A stretch of 64,000 nt of DNA from Candidatus Poribacteria bacterium (GCA_965116925.1 OZ220744.1:2144001-2208000); one strand, 5' to 3'. Counted from the stretch's first letter, positions 31,497-41,706 are shown. Notes: generated by a model from the sequence alone, not told the origin. Numbers and translations are program-made.

Positions 31497-31922
31497 ATGA
31501 AACAGATATTAATGACGACAGCTGCCAGCTCAATTATTATTCTGATGGGTCTTGGTTGTAGTTCGATAAGTCAGCTTACTACGGAAACTATATACGACGC
31601 AAGAGTGCAAATAGAAGCAGCCAAAGCAGCGAACGCTCAAAACCTCGCGCCTCAAGAGTTAGCGGACGCAGAACAGATGCTTGTTCGATCGGAAGAGATG
31701 TGGAACGCGGGAAAAGAGACAGACGCATATAGATTGGGAATGCGCGCTCAGTTGAAGGCCAGAATGGCGGAAGCCATCGCTGTTGCAAATCAGACAGAGG
31801 TGGAAGCTAGCAGTTCGGAAGGTGCGTTGGAATTGAAATTACAGACTGCAGCAGCCGCACATAGAGACTTGGAACAGGCAAAACAGGAATTAGAAGAGTT
31901 GCAATTAACACCCGAAGAATAG
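31497..31922 (+). CDS. DUF4398-domain lipoprotein
   Basis: Lipobox-like GLGC; A...IEAAKAANAQNLAPQELADAEQML..AYRLGMRAQLKARMAEA; GAGGAG RBS. Confidence 0.75.
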   Translation: MKQILMTTAASSIIILMGLGCSSISQLTTETIYDARVQIEAAKAANAQNLAPQELADAEQMLVRSEEMWNAGKETDAYRLGMRAQLKARMAEAIAVANQTEVEASSSEGALELKLQTAAAAHRDLEQAKQELEELQLTPEE

Positions 31923-32001
31923 TGCTATTCTGAGGTAAGAGGAAGATTAGCTTATTCTTAGAAAGAGAATAATTCTTAGTCGTAGTCATTGGAGGAATGG
32001 A

Positions 32002-33741
32002 TTGAATCAATTCATGCGATGCACAGTACGAAATACGCGATATGCAACTTATTTGGGAGGTATCGCGTTTTACGTTCTCATGGTATTAGGATTTATAAGT
32101 TGTGCCGCAACGGTGGATCCAATTCTGCTTGAATCAAGCCTGAATGACACACAACGGGCTATCTCTGAAGCGCGGCAGTTAGGAGCGGAAGAATATGCTG
32201 CCGAAACATTCAACAAGGCGTCACGGCTATTTGAAGGGGCGCGACAAGCCCAACGTGATGGCGACGGAATTCTGAGCATAGAGTTAGCGTTTTGGGCGGG
32301 GCTGGAGGCTCAGATTGCGGGTGCACAGGCGCGTCAACGAATCGCTCAGAACCGGATTGACGAAGCAGACGCGGAAGCACTGAGAGCTATGATTCAGGAG
32401 ATGGAGTATAAGACCCAATCGGCCCAAGTCCGTCAGTTGATTGCCGAAGAGAAGACGAGGCGGGCTTTGGCTAGGGCACTCCGGGCGGAGCAGCAAGCGA
32501 TAGCTGCTCACGAGGAATCAATTCAAGCGAGGAAAGATGCCCAAAACGCCCTGCTCCGATCACAGATACAGATTGGTATTGATAAGGTAGAGCTTGTACT
32601 TAATGATGCAAAGGGAACAGGTGCGCTCACGTATGCTTCAGATGACTACCAAACAGCGAGGAATCTGATTGCTCAAACGCGCGCTGCGCTCTCACAAGAT
32701 AATTTTGATGAGGCGAAATCGCTCGCAACAGAAGCGGAAAGCTACGCAAACAGGGCGAGAATTGCAGCCGTTGCCGGAAAGAATGCCGCTGTTAGTGAAT
32801 CACAGGCGGCAAAGCTGGAAGCACACACAAATGCAAAGGTAGCAATTGCCCGGGCACAATTTGAAATAGATCGGGCTGAGAAGGTTAGTGCATTTGAGCA
32901 TGCAGCGGAACTCTTTCAACGCTCCATCGCCAGCCTTGAAGGTGCAAATATGGCACTGGTAGGAGAGCAGTACGATCGAGCGTTGCAACTCGCAGCGCAG
33001 GCTGAAAGCAGTGCCCACGATGCCTTCACTACCGCAGAACCGATTGAGCGCGAACGCCTCGCAAAGGAAGCGTTGGAGGAGCAAATCGCTCAAGCCAAAG
33101 ACGCGGTCTTCCGAGCGGAAGAAGCACTGAACCAGAAAGCATCAATAGCAAAAACTCTCCTCCCTTCACTCCACGAACAGGCGAAAACGCTACTCGCAGA
33201 TGCCACGCAGGCGATTGTGGATGAAAATTACGATCACGCGATTGAAAAGGGGCGGCAGAGCTACGACCACCTGATCACTGCGATTGAAAAGGGGAAAGAG
33301 ATTGAAGCGATTGAAACCCAGATTCTAGAGGCAGCGACAGCGGTTCCTGACGCGGAGACAGGACGTAGTGAAAAGGGTGCACTCATTCGATTCAGCGGAG
33401 ACCTTTTCCAACAAGGAAGTTCAGAAATCAACCCGAAATTCCTCCCCAAAATTGGTCAACTTGCTGAGGTGCTCAAAGCATTTGCCGACTACAAAGTGCG
33501 AATTGAAGGACATAGCGACAGCAGTGGGGGAACAGATGTGAATCTAAGATTGACGCAGAGGCGTGCCGATGCGTTCATGAAGTACCTCGCTGAAGAATGC
33601 GGTATTCCCATGGAACGGATGACTGCCCTCGGTTTGGGTGAAGATCATCCCATTGCAGACAACAATTTTCGGGCGGGCAGGGATAGGAATCGACGGATTG
33701 ATACGATCCTTCTGACGAGGGAGATAGAAATCCAAGAATAA
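32002..33741 (+). CDS. OmpA-family lipoprotein with about four DUF4398-like helical repeats
   Basis: FISC lipobox; C-terminal LFQQGSSEI..IEGHSDSSG..NLRLTQRRA..GLGEDHPIADN..GRDRNRRID; start position uncertain. Confidence 0.85.
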   Translation: MNQFMRCTVRNTRYATYLGGIAFYVLMVLGFISCAATVDPILLESSLNDTQRAISEARQLGAEEYAAETFNKASRLFEGARQAQRDGDGILSIELAFWAGLEAQIAGAQARQRIAQNRIDEADAEALRAMIQEMEYKTQSAQVRQLIAEEKTRRALARALRAEQQAIAAHEESIQARKDAQNALLRSQIQIGIDKVELVLNDAKGTGALTYASDDYQTARNLIAQTRAALSQDNFDEAKSLATEAESYANRARIAAVAGKNAAVSESQAAKLEAHTNAKVAIARAQFEIDRAEKVSAFEHAAELFQRSIASLEGANMALVGEQYDRALQLAAQAESSAHDAFTTAEPIERERLAKEALEEQIAQAKDAVFRAEEALNQKASIAKTLLPSLHEQAKTLLADATQAIVDENYDHAIEKGRQSYDHLITAIEKGKEIEAIETQILEAATAVPDAETGRSEKGALIRFSGDLFQQGSSEINPKFLPKIGQLAEVLKAFADYKVRIEGHSDSSGGTDVNLRLTQRRADAFMKYLAEECGIPMERMTALGLGEDHPIADNNFRAGRDRNRRIDTILLTREIEIQE

Positions 33742-33786
33742 GGGTAGCTGCCGAATTTGCACATTTTCACGGAGGCTTGAAAGCAC

Positions 33787-34086
33787 GTGTCAAATCAAGA
33801 TACATTTCAAAAGATTGAACCGTTCATTGTCCACCAAATCGCGCTAAGTCTGTTCGGAGATCGGTATATCATCATTTACGATAACACGATTCAATTTCAT
33901 AGTCATTGCTATCATGTCAAGCAGATCGAGGATACAACACACCTATACACCGGACACTATTATCTGATGGATGCTAACACACGGTTGGCGATGCAGACTG
34001 ATGAGGACTTCGCCACACCGGGCAGTTACGGGGCAATCTTTGACTCGGCTACAGGTGAAATCGTTGGTTATGATGAGGAGGGGTAA
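33787..34086 (+). CDS. Hypothetical protein
   Basis: 99-aa ORF with GGAGG upstream; follows the OmpA gene on the same strand. Confidence 0.6.
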   Translation: MSNQDTFQKIEPFIVHQIALSLFGDRYIIIYDNTIQFHSHCYHVKQIEDTTHLYTGHYYLMDANTRLAMQTDEDFATPGSYGAIFDSATGEIVGYDEEG

Positions 34087-34133
34087 CATAGTAGGCTTGA
34101 CTTCATGAGTCTCGGTAAATTTGCACTTTTTGG

Positions 34134-34162
34134 TTGACAAATGCGAGCGTGTTTGATACACT
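34134..34162 (+). promoter_or_regulatory. sigma70 promoter of the tRNA operon
   Basis: TTGACA-17bp-TACACT, ending 13 bp before tRNA-Gly. Confidence 0.85.
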
Positions 34163-34175
34163 TAGAAACACTCTC

Positions 34176-34251
<76 letters not shown>

Positions 34252-34254
34252 TGT

Positions 34255-34329
34255 GGCGGCGTAGCCAAGTGGTAAGGCCGGAGTCTGCAAAACTCCTATG
34301 CGTCGGTTCAATTCCGACCGCCGCCTCCA
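34255..34329 (+). tRNA. tRNA-Cys(GCA)
   Basis: GGCGGCG..CGCCGCC acceptor stem, loop CTGCAAA, CCA encoded. Confidence 0.97.
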
Positions 34330-34340
34330 TTTCTTCATAC

Positions 34341-34414
34341 GGGCGGTTAGCTCAGGTGGTTAGAGTGCTTGCTTGACATGCAAGAGGTCACTGGTTCAAA
34401 TCCAGTATCGCCCA
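34341..34414 (+). tRNA. tRNA-Val(GAC)
   Basis: GGGCGGT..ATCGCCC acceptor stem, loop TTGACAT; CCA not directly encoded. Confidence 0.96.
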
Positions 34415-34432
34415 TCCATACCATTTCACATT

Positions 34433-34456
34433 AAAGAGCCGAAAGGCTCTTTTTTT
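34433..34456 (+). terminator. Rho-independent terminator of the tRNA operon
   Basis: AAAGAGCC-GAAA-GGCTCTTT followed by a T run. Confidence 0.85.
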
Positions 34457-34544
34457 ATTGAAGAACACTTGAGGAACGGGAGTTTACACAGATTAGGCAG
34501 AAGTTGAAGCGAGTCGTAAGAGACGATAAACACTGGAGAGGATT

Positions 34545-36362
34545 ATGGAAAACTCAGAAAGAGATCTGCTTTATAAGATCAGACACAGCACCGCGCATGT
34601 GATGGCGCAAGCGGTCATGGAGCTTTATCCAGACGCCAAACTCGCTATTGGTCCTCCGATTGAAAACGGGTTCTATTACGATTTTGATCTCGGCAGCGAC
34701 AGCGACGGGAAACCGCAGGCATTTTCGCCGGAAGACCTAGAGCAAATTGAGAAGCGCATGCGACAAATCGTCGCTGGGAAACACGAGTTTAGTTATCGAG
34801 AAATCAATCCCGACGAGGCACGCGAACTATTCAAGGATCAACCCTATAAGTTGGAGTTGATAGATGGACTAATCGAAGGCAATGTCGATGAATATGGTGC
34901 TTCGACCGATGAGACACCGGTTTTGAGTACCTACCGACAGGACACTTTTGAAGATCTCTGCCGCGGTCCTCACGTCGGGGACACAGGCGAGATTCGACCG
35001 GATGCCTTTAAGCTTTTGACGGTTGCCGGTGCATATTGGCGGGGCGATGAAAACAGCGCCATGCTTCAGCGCATCTACGGCACAGCGTGGCACACCAGAG
35101 ACGAACTCAAGCAGCACCTTCAAATGCTTGAGGAGGCGAGAAAGCGAGACCATCGAAAACTAGGCAGGGAGTTAGAAATCTTTATCTTTGACGAAGACGT
35201 TGGGCCGGGGCTTCCCCTATGGCTGCCAAATGGCGGTATCGTTATCGAAGAGCTAGAAACGCTGGCGAAAGAGATGGAGGAGAAGCGAGGATACGATCGG
35301 GTTAGGACGCCTCACCTCGCCAAAGATGCACTGTTTGAGCGGACTGGTCACCTCTCGCACTATGCCGAGAGTATGTACCCACCGATGGAGATGGAGGGCG
35401 TGCGTTACTACATGAAACCGATGAACTGTCCATTCCATCACAAGATTTTTGATAGCAAGCCGCGTAGCTATCGCGATTTGCCGCTTCGCTTAGGCGAATA
35501 CGGCACCTGCTATCGTTTTGAAAAGAGTGGTGAACTCTTTGGGCTCATGCGGGTGCGGTCCATGCAGATGAACGATGCACACATTTACTGCTCTGAAGAT
35601 CAGTTTGAAGAGGAGTTTATGGGGGTCGTTGACTTATACCTCGAATATTTCCGAATCTTCGGCGTCGAGAAATATGTGATGCGCCTGAGTACGCACCACA
35701 AAGCTGGACTCGGTAAAAAGTATATCGACAATGAACCGATGTGGCTCAAAACCGAAGAGATGGTTCGTAATGCGATGAGGAATGGTAATGTGCCCTTTGT
35801 TGAAGTTCCCGATGAAGCGGCTTTCTACGGTCCCAAAATTGACGTGCAGATTTGGAGTGCTATTGGCAGGGAGTTTAGCCTTGCCACAAATCAGGTCGAT
35901 TTTGCTGTACCGGCGCGATGTGATCTGAGTTTTGTTAATAGTGCTGGTGAGTCTGAAATCCCGATATGTCTGCATCGTGCCCCACTGGGTACGCATGAGC
36001 GGATGATCGGTTTCCTGCTTGAGCATTATGCCGGTAAATTTCCCGTCTGGCTCTCACCGGAACATGCGCGTGTAATTCCAATCAACGACAGCCACAATGA
36101 CTATGCCCAGAAAATTGCTGAGAGGTTGAGGGAAGCCAAAATTCGCGCCCAAGCGGATCTGGGACCTGACCGCATGAATGCGAAAATCCGTCAAGCCCAG
36201 TTGATGCAGGTGCCTTATATGCTCGTCGTTGGGGACAGAGAGGTTGAAGGCAGCACGGTTTCCGTCCGGAAACGAGATGGGGCACGTCAGAACGGCTTGC
36301 CTGTGGAAGAATTTGTAGCCGCGGTCCAAGAGCGCATTGCAACCCGGTCGAACGAACTATAG
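34545..36362 (+). CDS. thrS: Threonine--tRNA ligase
   Basis: RHSTAHVMAQA, DLCRGPH, RDHRKLG, KPMNCP, AFYGPKID. Confidence 0.98.
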   Translation: MENSERDLLYKIRHSTAHVMAQAVMELYPDAKLAIGPPIENGFYYDFDLGSDSDGKPQAFSPEDLEQIEKRMRQIVAGKHEFSYREINPDEARELFKDQPYKLELIDGLIEGNVDEYGASTDETPVLSTYRQDTFEDLCRGPHVGDTGEIRPDAFKLLTVAGAYWRGDENSAMLQRIYGTAWHTRDELKQHLQMLEEARKRDHRKLGRELEIFIFDEDVGPGLPLWLPNGGIVIEELETLAKEMEEKRGYDRVRTPHLAKDALFERTGHLSHYAESMYPPMEMEGVRYYMKPMNCPFHHKIFDSKPRSYRDLPLRLGEYGTCYRFEKSGELFGLMRVRSMQMNDAHIYCSEDQFEEEFMGVVDLYLEYFRIFGVEKYVMRLSTHHKAGLGKKYIDNEPMWLKTEEMVRNAMRNGNVPFVEVPDEAAFYGPKIDVQIWSAIGREFSLATNQVDFAVPARCDLSFVNSAGESEIPICLHRAPLGTHERMIGFLLEHYAGKFPVWLSPEHARVIPINDSHNDYAQKIAERLREAKIRAQADLGPDRMNAKIRQAQLMQVPYMLVVGDREVEGSTVSVRKRDGARQNGLPVEEFVAAVQERIATRSNEL

Positions 36363-36390
36363 AGAACACCTGAAGAAGACGGTGAAAACC

Positions 36391-37563
36391 ATGAAACGCA
36401 TATACCTAGACCATAACGCAACAACCCCAGTTCACCCGGAAGTACTTGAGGCGATGCTTCCCTTTATGGTGGGCCAGTTTGGCAACGGTTCGAGCATCCA
36501 CACCTACGGACGTGAGGCGCGTAATGCGATTGATGATGCCCGTGAACAGGTCGCAGCTCTCATCAACGCCAAGAGCCCGAGCGAAATCGTTTTCACAAGC
36601 ACCGGGACGGAAGCTGATAACTACGCCATCAAAGGGATTGCCGAGTTGCAGCAAAGCCGCAACGGCGGCAACCATATCATCACCTCTTCAATCGAGCATC
36701 ACGCTGTTCTGCATACGTGCCAATACCTTGAAAAACGTGGATTTGAGGTAACGTATCTCCCCGTGGATCGGTACGGACAGATTCAACTCGACGACCTGCG
36801 CGATGCAATTCGGAACGAGACAATCCTTATCTCGATTATGCACGCCAATAATGAAACCGGGGCGATTGAACCGATTGCGGAGGTTTGCGAAATCGCTCAA
36901 GAACGTCGTATTCCTGTCCATACGGATGCCGTGCAGTCCGTTGGCAAACTACCTGTTGATGTTCAGGGGTTGGGAGTTAGTATGCTTTCACTTTCGGCGC
37001 ACAAGATTTACGGTCCAAAAGGCATCGGTGCGTTATACCTTCGACGTGGCACACGATTGGAGAACCTGCTTCACGGGGGTTCACATGAACGGAACCGGCG
37101 GGCGGGTTCGGAGAATGTCCCGTCAATTGTTGGGATTGGTGAGGCGGCAGCATTGGCGAAGAAAGATCGGGAAGCGAATGTTGAACATCTGAATCAATTG
37201 ACGGGCAAGTTGCGTCAAGGGTTGCATGAAGGCATCGATTATATCCATGAGAACAGCGACCCCGAAAACAGTTTACCCGGAACGCTGAATATCTCATTTG
37301 AGTATATTGAGGGGGAAAGCCTCATTTTACGGTTGGATATGGAAGGTATCTGCGTCTCAACAGGTTCAGCCTGCACCTCCGGCTCGATGGAGCCGTCTCA
37401 CGTTTTGGCTGCGCTAGGTCTCCCACCGCAGCTGGCGCAAGGCACCGTCCGGTTTTCGCTAGGCAAAGACAACACCGAGATGGAGATTGATGAAGTCGTT
37501 GAGAAAGTTCCTAAAGTTGTTGAGCAGATGCGGGGGATGTCGCCGGCGTACAAGAAATTATAG
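36391..37563 (+). CDS. Cysteine desulfurase (IscS/NifS group I)
   Basis: YLDHNATT, HTDAVQ, SAHKIYGPKG, STGSACTSG. Confidence 0.95.
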   Translation: MKRIYLDHNATTPVHPEVLEAMLPFMVGQFGNGSSIHTYGREARNAIDDAREQVAALINAKSPSEIVFTSTGTEADNYAIKGIAELQQSRNGGNHIITSSIEHHAVLHTCQYLEKRGFEVTYLPVDRYGQIQLDDLRDAIRNETILISIMHANNETGAIEPIAEVCEIAQERRIPVHTDAVQSVGKLPVDVQGLGVSMLSLSAHKIYGPKGIGALYLRRGTRLENLLHGGSHERNRRAGSENVPSIVGIGEAAALAKKDREANVEHLNQLTGKLRQGLHEGIDYIHENSDPENSLPGTLNISFEYIEGESLILRLDMEGICVSTGSACTSGSMEPSHVLAALGLPPQLAQGTVRFSLGKDNTEMEIDEVVEKVPKVVEQMRGMSPAYKKL

Positions 37564-37630
37564 TTTCAAGGGTTGAAGTATACAATAGACAGATACGTTA
37601 TTGAAAAATCAACTAATGGGAGGCAAACTA

Positions 37631-38182
37631 ATGCCAAAGAAACGTGCGAAGAATAAGTATCAGAAGCGGGCGCAGCGGGGCGGCGAAGACCGCTTGCGCG
37701 GCGACAAAATTGACCTTTACCTCTCGATGGCGTATTCGGATGACCCGGAGGACAGGATAGCTGCGATGGACAATCTGTGTCCGTGCCATGTTCGCAGACG
37801 GATTGATGCTGTGTGGGAAGCACTATATCGTGGGCTTCAAGACTCCAATCTCCAAGTTCGCAGAGCAGCATGGCATACGCTCGACGATGGTGGACGACCG
37901 AACGATCCACAGCTGCAGCCAATCCTCGAAAAGATTGCAAAGAAAGAGACTGATCCGAAACTGCGTCAACGCGCAATCGATCTCATCCAGTCTGCCAGAC
38001 GGTTGAGGGATGAACATCAGGAATTGGTGGCACAGAGAGCGGACTATTTTCGTGGGAAATGTGACTGGTGTGGTGAGGCAGACGTGCAGGTAACTTATGA
38101 TTATGAAACAGAGTTTGAGGGGGCAGACGGTCAGAAAAGATTTGCCCTGATGTGCTCTGATTGTGCAGATGTATCACGTTAA
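37631..38182 (+). CDS. HEAT-repeat protein with a CPCH motif and a C-terminal CxxC...CxxC
   Basis: GLQDSNLQVRRAAW, ETDPKLRQRA HEAT-like motifs; CDWC...CSDC. Confidence 0.7.
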   Translation: MPKKRAKNKYQKRAQRGGEDRLRGDKIDLYLSMAYSDDPEDRIAAMDNLCPCHVRRRIDAVWEALYRGLQDSNLQVRRAAWHTLDDGGRPNDPQLQPILEKIAKKETDPKLRQRAIDLIQSARRLRDEHQELVAQRADYFRGKCDWCGEADVQVTYDYETEFEGADGQKRFALMCSDCADVSR

Positions 38183-38266
38183 TGTAGAAACCCAAAATTG
38201 CTAGAATTTCACGTGTTTTTACCATCGTAAAAAGCTTCCGGATTTATGGGGTGTCGAACCAAGCCG

Positions 38267-38446
38267 TCAACGCCTGTTGCGGGTCAGCTTATGCACACAG
38301 ATCCAAAAGACTTCGGCAGCACCAAAATTCAAGCATATCAAACGGTTCAATGGAACATTGGCGAAAAGGAAATCGACTTTGTCACTACCGATTTCCACAG
38401 TATATCGCTTGACGAACGCACTAGCATCAAAGTAAAAATAATACAC
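38267..38446 (-). pseudogene. Truncated VapC/PIN-domain toxin (59 aa, absent from the ORF track)
   Basis: Translated by hand from GTG 38446: YYFYFDASAFVKRYTVEIGSDKVDFLF...AAEVFW; stops well short of a roughly 140-aa PIN domain. Confidence 0.75.
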
Positions 38447-38448
38447 AC

Positions 38449-38775
38449 CTATTTCTCACGTTCTTCAATGATGGCGTGACTGAACTCATTGTCTTCGGCA
38501 CGAATGCCATGGCGCGCCATACTCTTGCGAAGTTCCTCAATGGAGATAGGCTCCACCTCCGCAATTCCCATTTTGTCTAGAAGTTCACGGAAGATTTTAG
38601 CACTCTCTTTTTTATCTGTCCTGTAATGTGCAATTATCTCTGCGCCCGTCTTACAATCCATCGGCGGGTTTGCCACTAATTCATCAACAATCCAAGAGAG
38701 TTGCAGCGTCAATGCTGCAATCGCCTTTTCAGCTCGCTCTAACCGTTCTCCTAGGGTTTCAAGCGTTTCTGCCAT
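38449..38775 (-). CDS. Putative antitoxin partner of the PIN toxin
   Basis: 108 aa, AGGAGG RBS, ends FSHAIIEEREK 2 bp before the PIN start. Confidence 0.6.
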   Translation of the reverse strand: MAETLETLGERLERAEKAIAALTLQLSWIVDELVANPPMDCKTGAEIIAHYRTDKKESAKIFRELLDKMGIAEVEPISIEELRKSMARHGIRAEDNEFSHAIIEEREK

Positions 38776-38816
38776 CGTAAAAAACCTCCTTTCATTTTTA
38801 TCTGCTATACGGCGAA

Positions 38817-39647
38817 CTACCACATCACGCGACCATCACAGTTGATGTCCTGCCCCGTCATGCTCGCTGAATCATCAGAGGCGAGAAAGAGTGCCAAGCC
38901 AGCCATCTCTTCGGATCCGGATCCTTTTTCACTATAGCCTTCATCAGCACACCATCTGCCTGCGAGAACGCCTTTCGGATTTGGCTGTCTGATCCGCTCA
39001 CGAAATGCTTCCTCATCAAAGGGTTGGTTCATATATTCTGCCCGCCCTCTCGCCAATTCGACGCTTCTTTCCTCATGCCCGCCCGGGCAGATCGCATTAA
39101 CATTGATATTGTAACGCCCAACATCGGCGGCGAGTGTGCGCGTGAAACCGATCACCCCCATCTTTGAGGTAGCATACGGCGCTCTGTGGGAAAGTGGCTG
39201 TTTACCCGTGCCCGAACTAAAGTTTATAATTTTTCCATATCGTTTCCTTATCATTTCGGGCAGCACTGCCTTACAGCAGAGGAAGTGCGAATCGAGATTG
39301 ACCGCGAGTGTTCGCTTCCACTCCGCTAAAGTCATGTCCCACACATCTTTGGTCGGTCCGGCAATACCAACAACGTTAGCGAGAATATCGACTGTCCCCA
39401 AAGTTTCAATCGTTTCCGTTGCCATCCTGTTTACCTGCTCCTCATCTGAAACATCGGTCTGGAAGCAGAGAACCTTTCCGCCAGCAGTCCTTATCTTTGA
39501 GCCAACCTTCTCCTCCAACGTTGTTACCGGAATCACATCGCATAAGGAAACTGCCGCACCTTCTTCTGCGAATCGCAGGGCAATTGCCTCAGCGTGGCCT
39601 CTACCAGCACCCGTAATCATTGCAATTTTACCATCCAATTTTCCCAT
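38817..39647 (-). CDS. SDR family oxidoreductase
   Basis: ITGAGRG, YATSK, NAICPG. Confidence 0.92.
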   Translation of the reverse strand: MGKLDGKIAMITGAGRGHAEAIALRFAEEGAAVSLCDVIPVTTLEEKVGSKIRTAGGKVLCFQTDVSDEEQVNRMATETIETLGTVDILANVVGIAGPTKDVWDMTLAEWKRTLAVNLDSHFLCCKAVLPEMIRKRYGKIINFSSGTGKQPLSHRAPYATSKMGVIGFTRTLAADVGRYNINVNAICPGGHEERSVELARGRAEYMNQPFDEEAFRERIRQPNPKGVLAGRWCADEGYSEKGSGSEEMAGLALFLASDDSASMTGQDINCDGRVMW

Positions 39648-39666
39648 CTGAATTGTCCCTCTTTTC

Positions 39667-40698
39667 TTATTGTTCTGGCTGGAGACAAATCTTGCCAAAA
39701 TTTTCCCGCGCTTCTATGATTCGATGTGCTTCTGCTGCTGCTTTTAGCGGCAATACTTGAGCGATAATCGGTGTCAGCTTTCCCTGTTCGGCAAGACGGA
39801 TAATAGTCTGAAGCTCGGAGGTTGTTCCTAGTGCTGATCCCATCAGGGTCAACTGCTTTTGATACATTTTACGGATGTCAATCTCACCGATATTCCCCGT
39901 TGTAACACCGCACGAAACAAGACGCCCTTTTTTTGCGAGGCTTGCGATGCTCTGATCCCATGTTGCTGCCCCAACATGCTCAAAGACAACATCAACCCCT
40001 CGTCCATCTGTCGCATTGTGCACGGCTTCGCTGAAGTCGGTTTGCGTATAGTTGATTGTGAAATCGGCTCCCATCTGACGGGCACGTTCAAGTTTCTCAT
40101 CCGTACTCGCTGTCGCAAAGACTCTTGCGCCGCACAGTTTGGCAATTTGCAAGCCGGCACTCCCAACACCACTACCGGCAGATAAGACCAACACATCATC
40201 GCCGGGACGAACCTGTGCCCGTGCTACAAGCATGTGCCACGCCGTAAGGTAAGCGATAGGAATAGCAGACGCATCAACATATGAGAGGTCAGAGGAAATC
40301 TGAATGGCGTTTTTGGCAGGTGCTTTGACATATTCCGCGTAACCGCCATTGGTTTGAAAGCCCAAAAGCTCCTGAAAATCGCACATATTTTCGTCGCCGT
40401 TGAGGCAATCTGGGCACTGTTCGCAGGGGATACAGGGCGCGAGTACCACTTGATCGCCGACAGCGACGTTGTGAACTTCTGTTCCAACCTCAACCACCTC
40501 CCCGGAGATATCGGATCCGAGGATGTGTGGGAATGGCTGGACTTCCGGGCGATCTCGTCGGGCGCGGATATCGAGGTGGTTTACCGCACACGCCTTGACT
40601 TTGACCAATACTTCTGATGGGGCAATGGCCGGGATAGGGACTTCTTCATAGCGGAGTTTATCAATTCCGCCCTGTTCGTGGAAAATAATCGCTTTCAT
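39667..40698 (-). CDS. Zinc-binding dehydrogenase / quinone oxidoreductase (MDR family)
   Basis: HILGSDISG, CEQCPDCLNGDENMC structural Zn site, AGSGVG. Confidence 0.9.
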   Translation of the reverse strand: MKAIIFHEQGGIDKLRYEEVPIPAIAPSEVLVKVKACAVNHLDIRARRDRPEVQPFPHILGSDISGEVVEVGTEVHNVAVGDQVVLAPCIPCEQCPDCLNGDENMCDFQELLGFQTNGGYAEYVKAPAKNAIQISSDLSYVDASAIPIAYLTAWHMLVARAQVRPGDDVLVLSAGSGVGSAGLQIAKLCGARVFATASTDEKLERARQMGADFTINYTQTDFSEAVHNATDGRGVDVVFEHVGAATWDQSIASLAKKGRLVSCGVTTGNIGEIDIRKMYQKQLTLMGSALGTTSELQTIIRLAEQGKLTPIIAQVLPLKAAAEAHRIIEARENFGKICLQPEQ

Positions 40699-40750
40699 GG
40701 AGTTCCTTCGCTCGGTTTGGAGTCGGGTGGGTTATGTCTTCTTATTACGA

Positions 40751-41566
40751 TTAACCGTACGCCCCATGCTCAAGGAATCCCAGCAATCGCCGTAATCGTG
40801 GATTGGCGTCTTTGTAAATATGTTCTGGCATGGTATAGTTCATGAACGGATAATATTTGTGTCCAATCATGCGGCGGGCATAGGTAATTTGTGTAATATA
40901 GCGTGTTCGGTTGCTGCGATTAAGTCCACCATGGTGCCACACCTGATTGTTGAACATGACAACACTGCCAGCTTTTCCTAAGTTGTACTGAATCTTGTTC
41001 TCCCACTCTGTCCCTTCGATTTCAGGGGGCGGACCCGTGCCGTACAGATGGGAGCCGGGAATCACCTCTGTACCACCGTATTTGGCATCGGTCACATCCG
41101 TCAAATAATAGTTTGCCGTAAAAAACATAACAGACAAACGAATATTCTTCGGTGGTTCACCATCTGTAACGGTAAAATGAGGGGCATCATCCTGATGCCA
41201 GCGGGTTATGCCTCCACCCGGAAAACTCTGGAATGAGTTGTTGTGAATGACGTGACAATTCGGGGCGATAAGGGCTTCGGCAAAGCTGACGATGGGCTCT
41301 AAATCAAATAGTTTGAGGTTGGTTTCGCTGGTCTCAAACATTCGGTGTGCGAGTGCGGTGCGCTCATTTACACCATTGTGACCGTTCGGATTTTCTTTTA
41401 ACGCCCAATCCAGATCTGCGCGCATCTGAGCACACCAATCCGGTGGTAGGACATTCTGTAAAAACAGAAAACCATCTCGGTGGAATTGTTCCACCCATTC
41501 CTGAATCTGTTCTTCACTCACAATTTGATTGGCTAAATAGTCTCCATTTTCTGAAATGTGGCTCAT
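40751..41566 (-). CDS. Phytanoyl-CoA dioxygenase (PhyH) family protein
   Basis: FHRDGFL, WHQD, IPGSH, WHHG (HxD...H triad). Confidence 0.9.
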   Translation of the reverse strand: MSHISENGDYLANQIVSEEQIQEWVEQFHRDGFLFLQNVLPPDWCAQMRADLDWALKENPNGHNGVNERTALAHRMFETSETNLKLFDLEPIVSFAEALIAPNCHVIHNNSFQSFPGGGITRWHQDDAPHFTVTDGEPPKNIRLSVMFFTANYYLTDVTDAKYGGTEVIPGSHLYGTGPPPEIEGTEWENKIQYNLGKAGSVVMFNNQVWHHGGLNRSNRTRYITQITYARRMIGHKYYPFMNYTMPEHIYKDANPRLRRLLGFLEHGAYG

Positions 41567-41706
41567 AAGCGATCTCCTTGTCAAATCCGGAATATGGGGT
41601 ATGAGCGGTTGTGGTATACCGATACTATAGGTTTGTCGATATCGAATTCCGTTAATAGAGATACATCTGATATCCATTTGTGTAGGTTTAGAAGGGTAAT
41701 GCCCAA

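Noticed and set aside
34415..34544. T-box or other leader upstream of thrS; integrative element at the tRNA 3' ends
   Set aside because: The gap is short and holds the tRNA terminator; no T-box motif, integrase or duplicated tRNA end was seen
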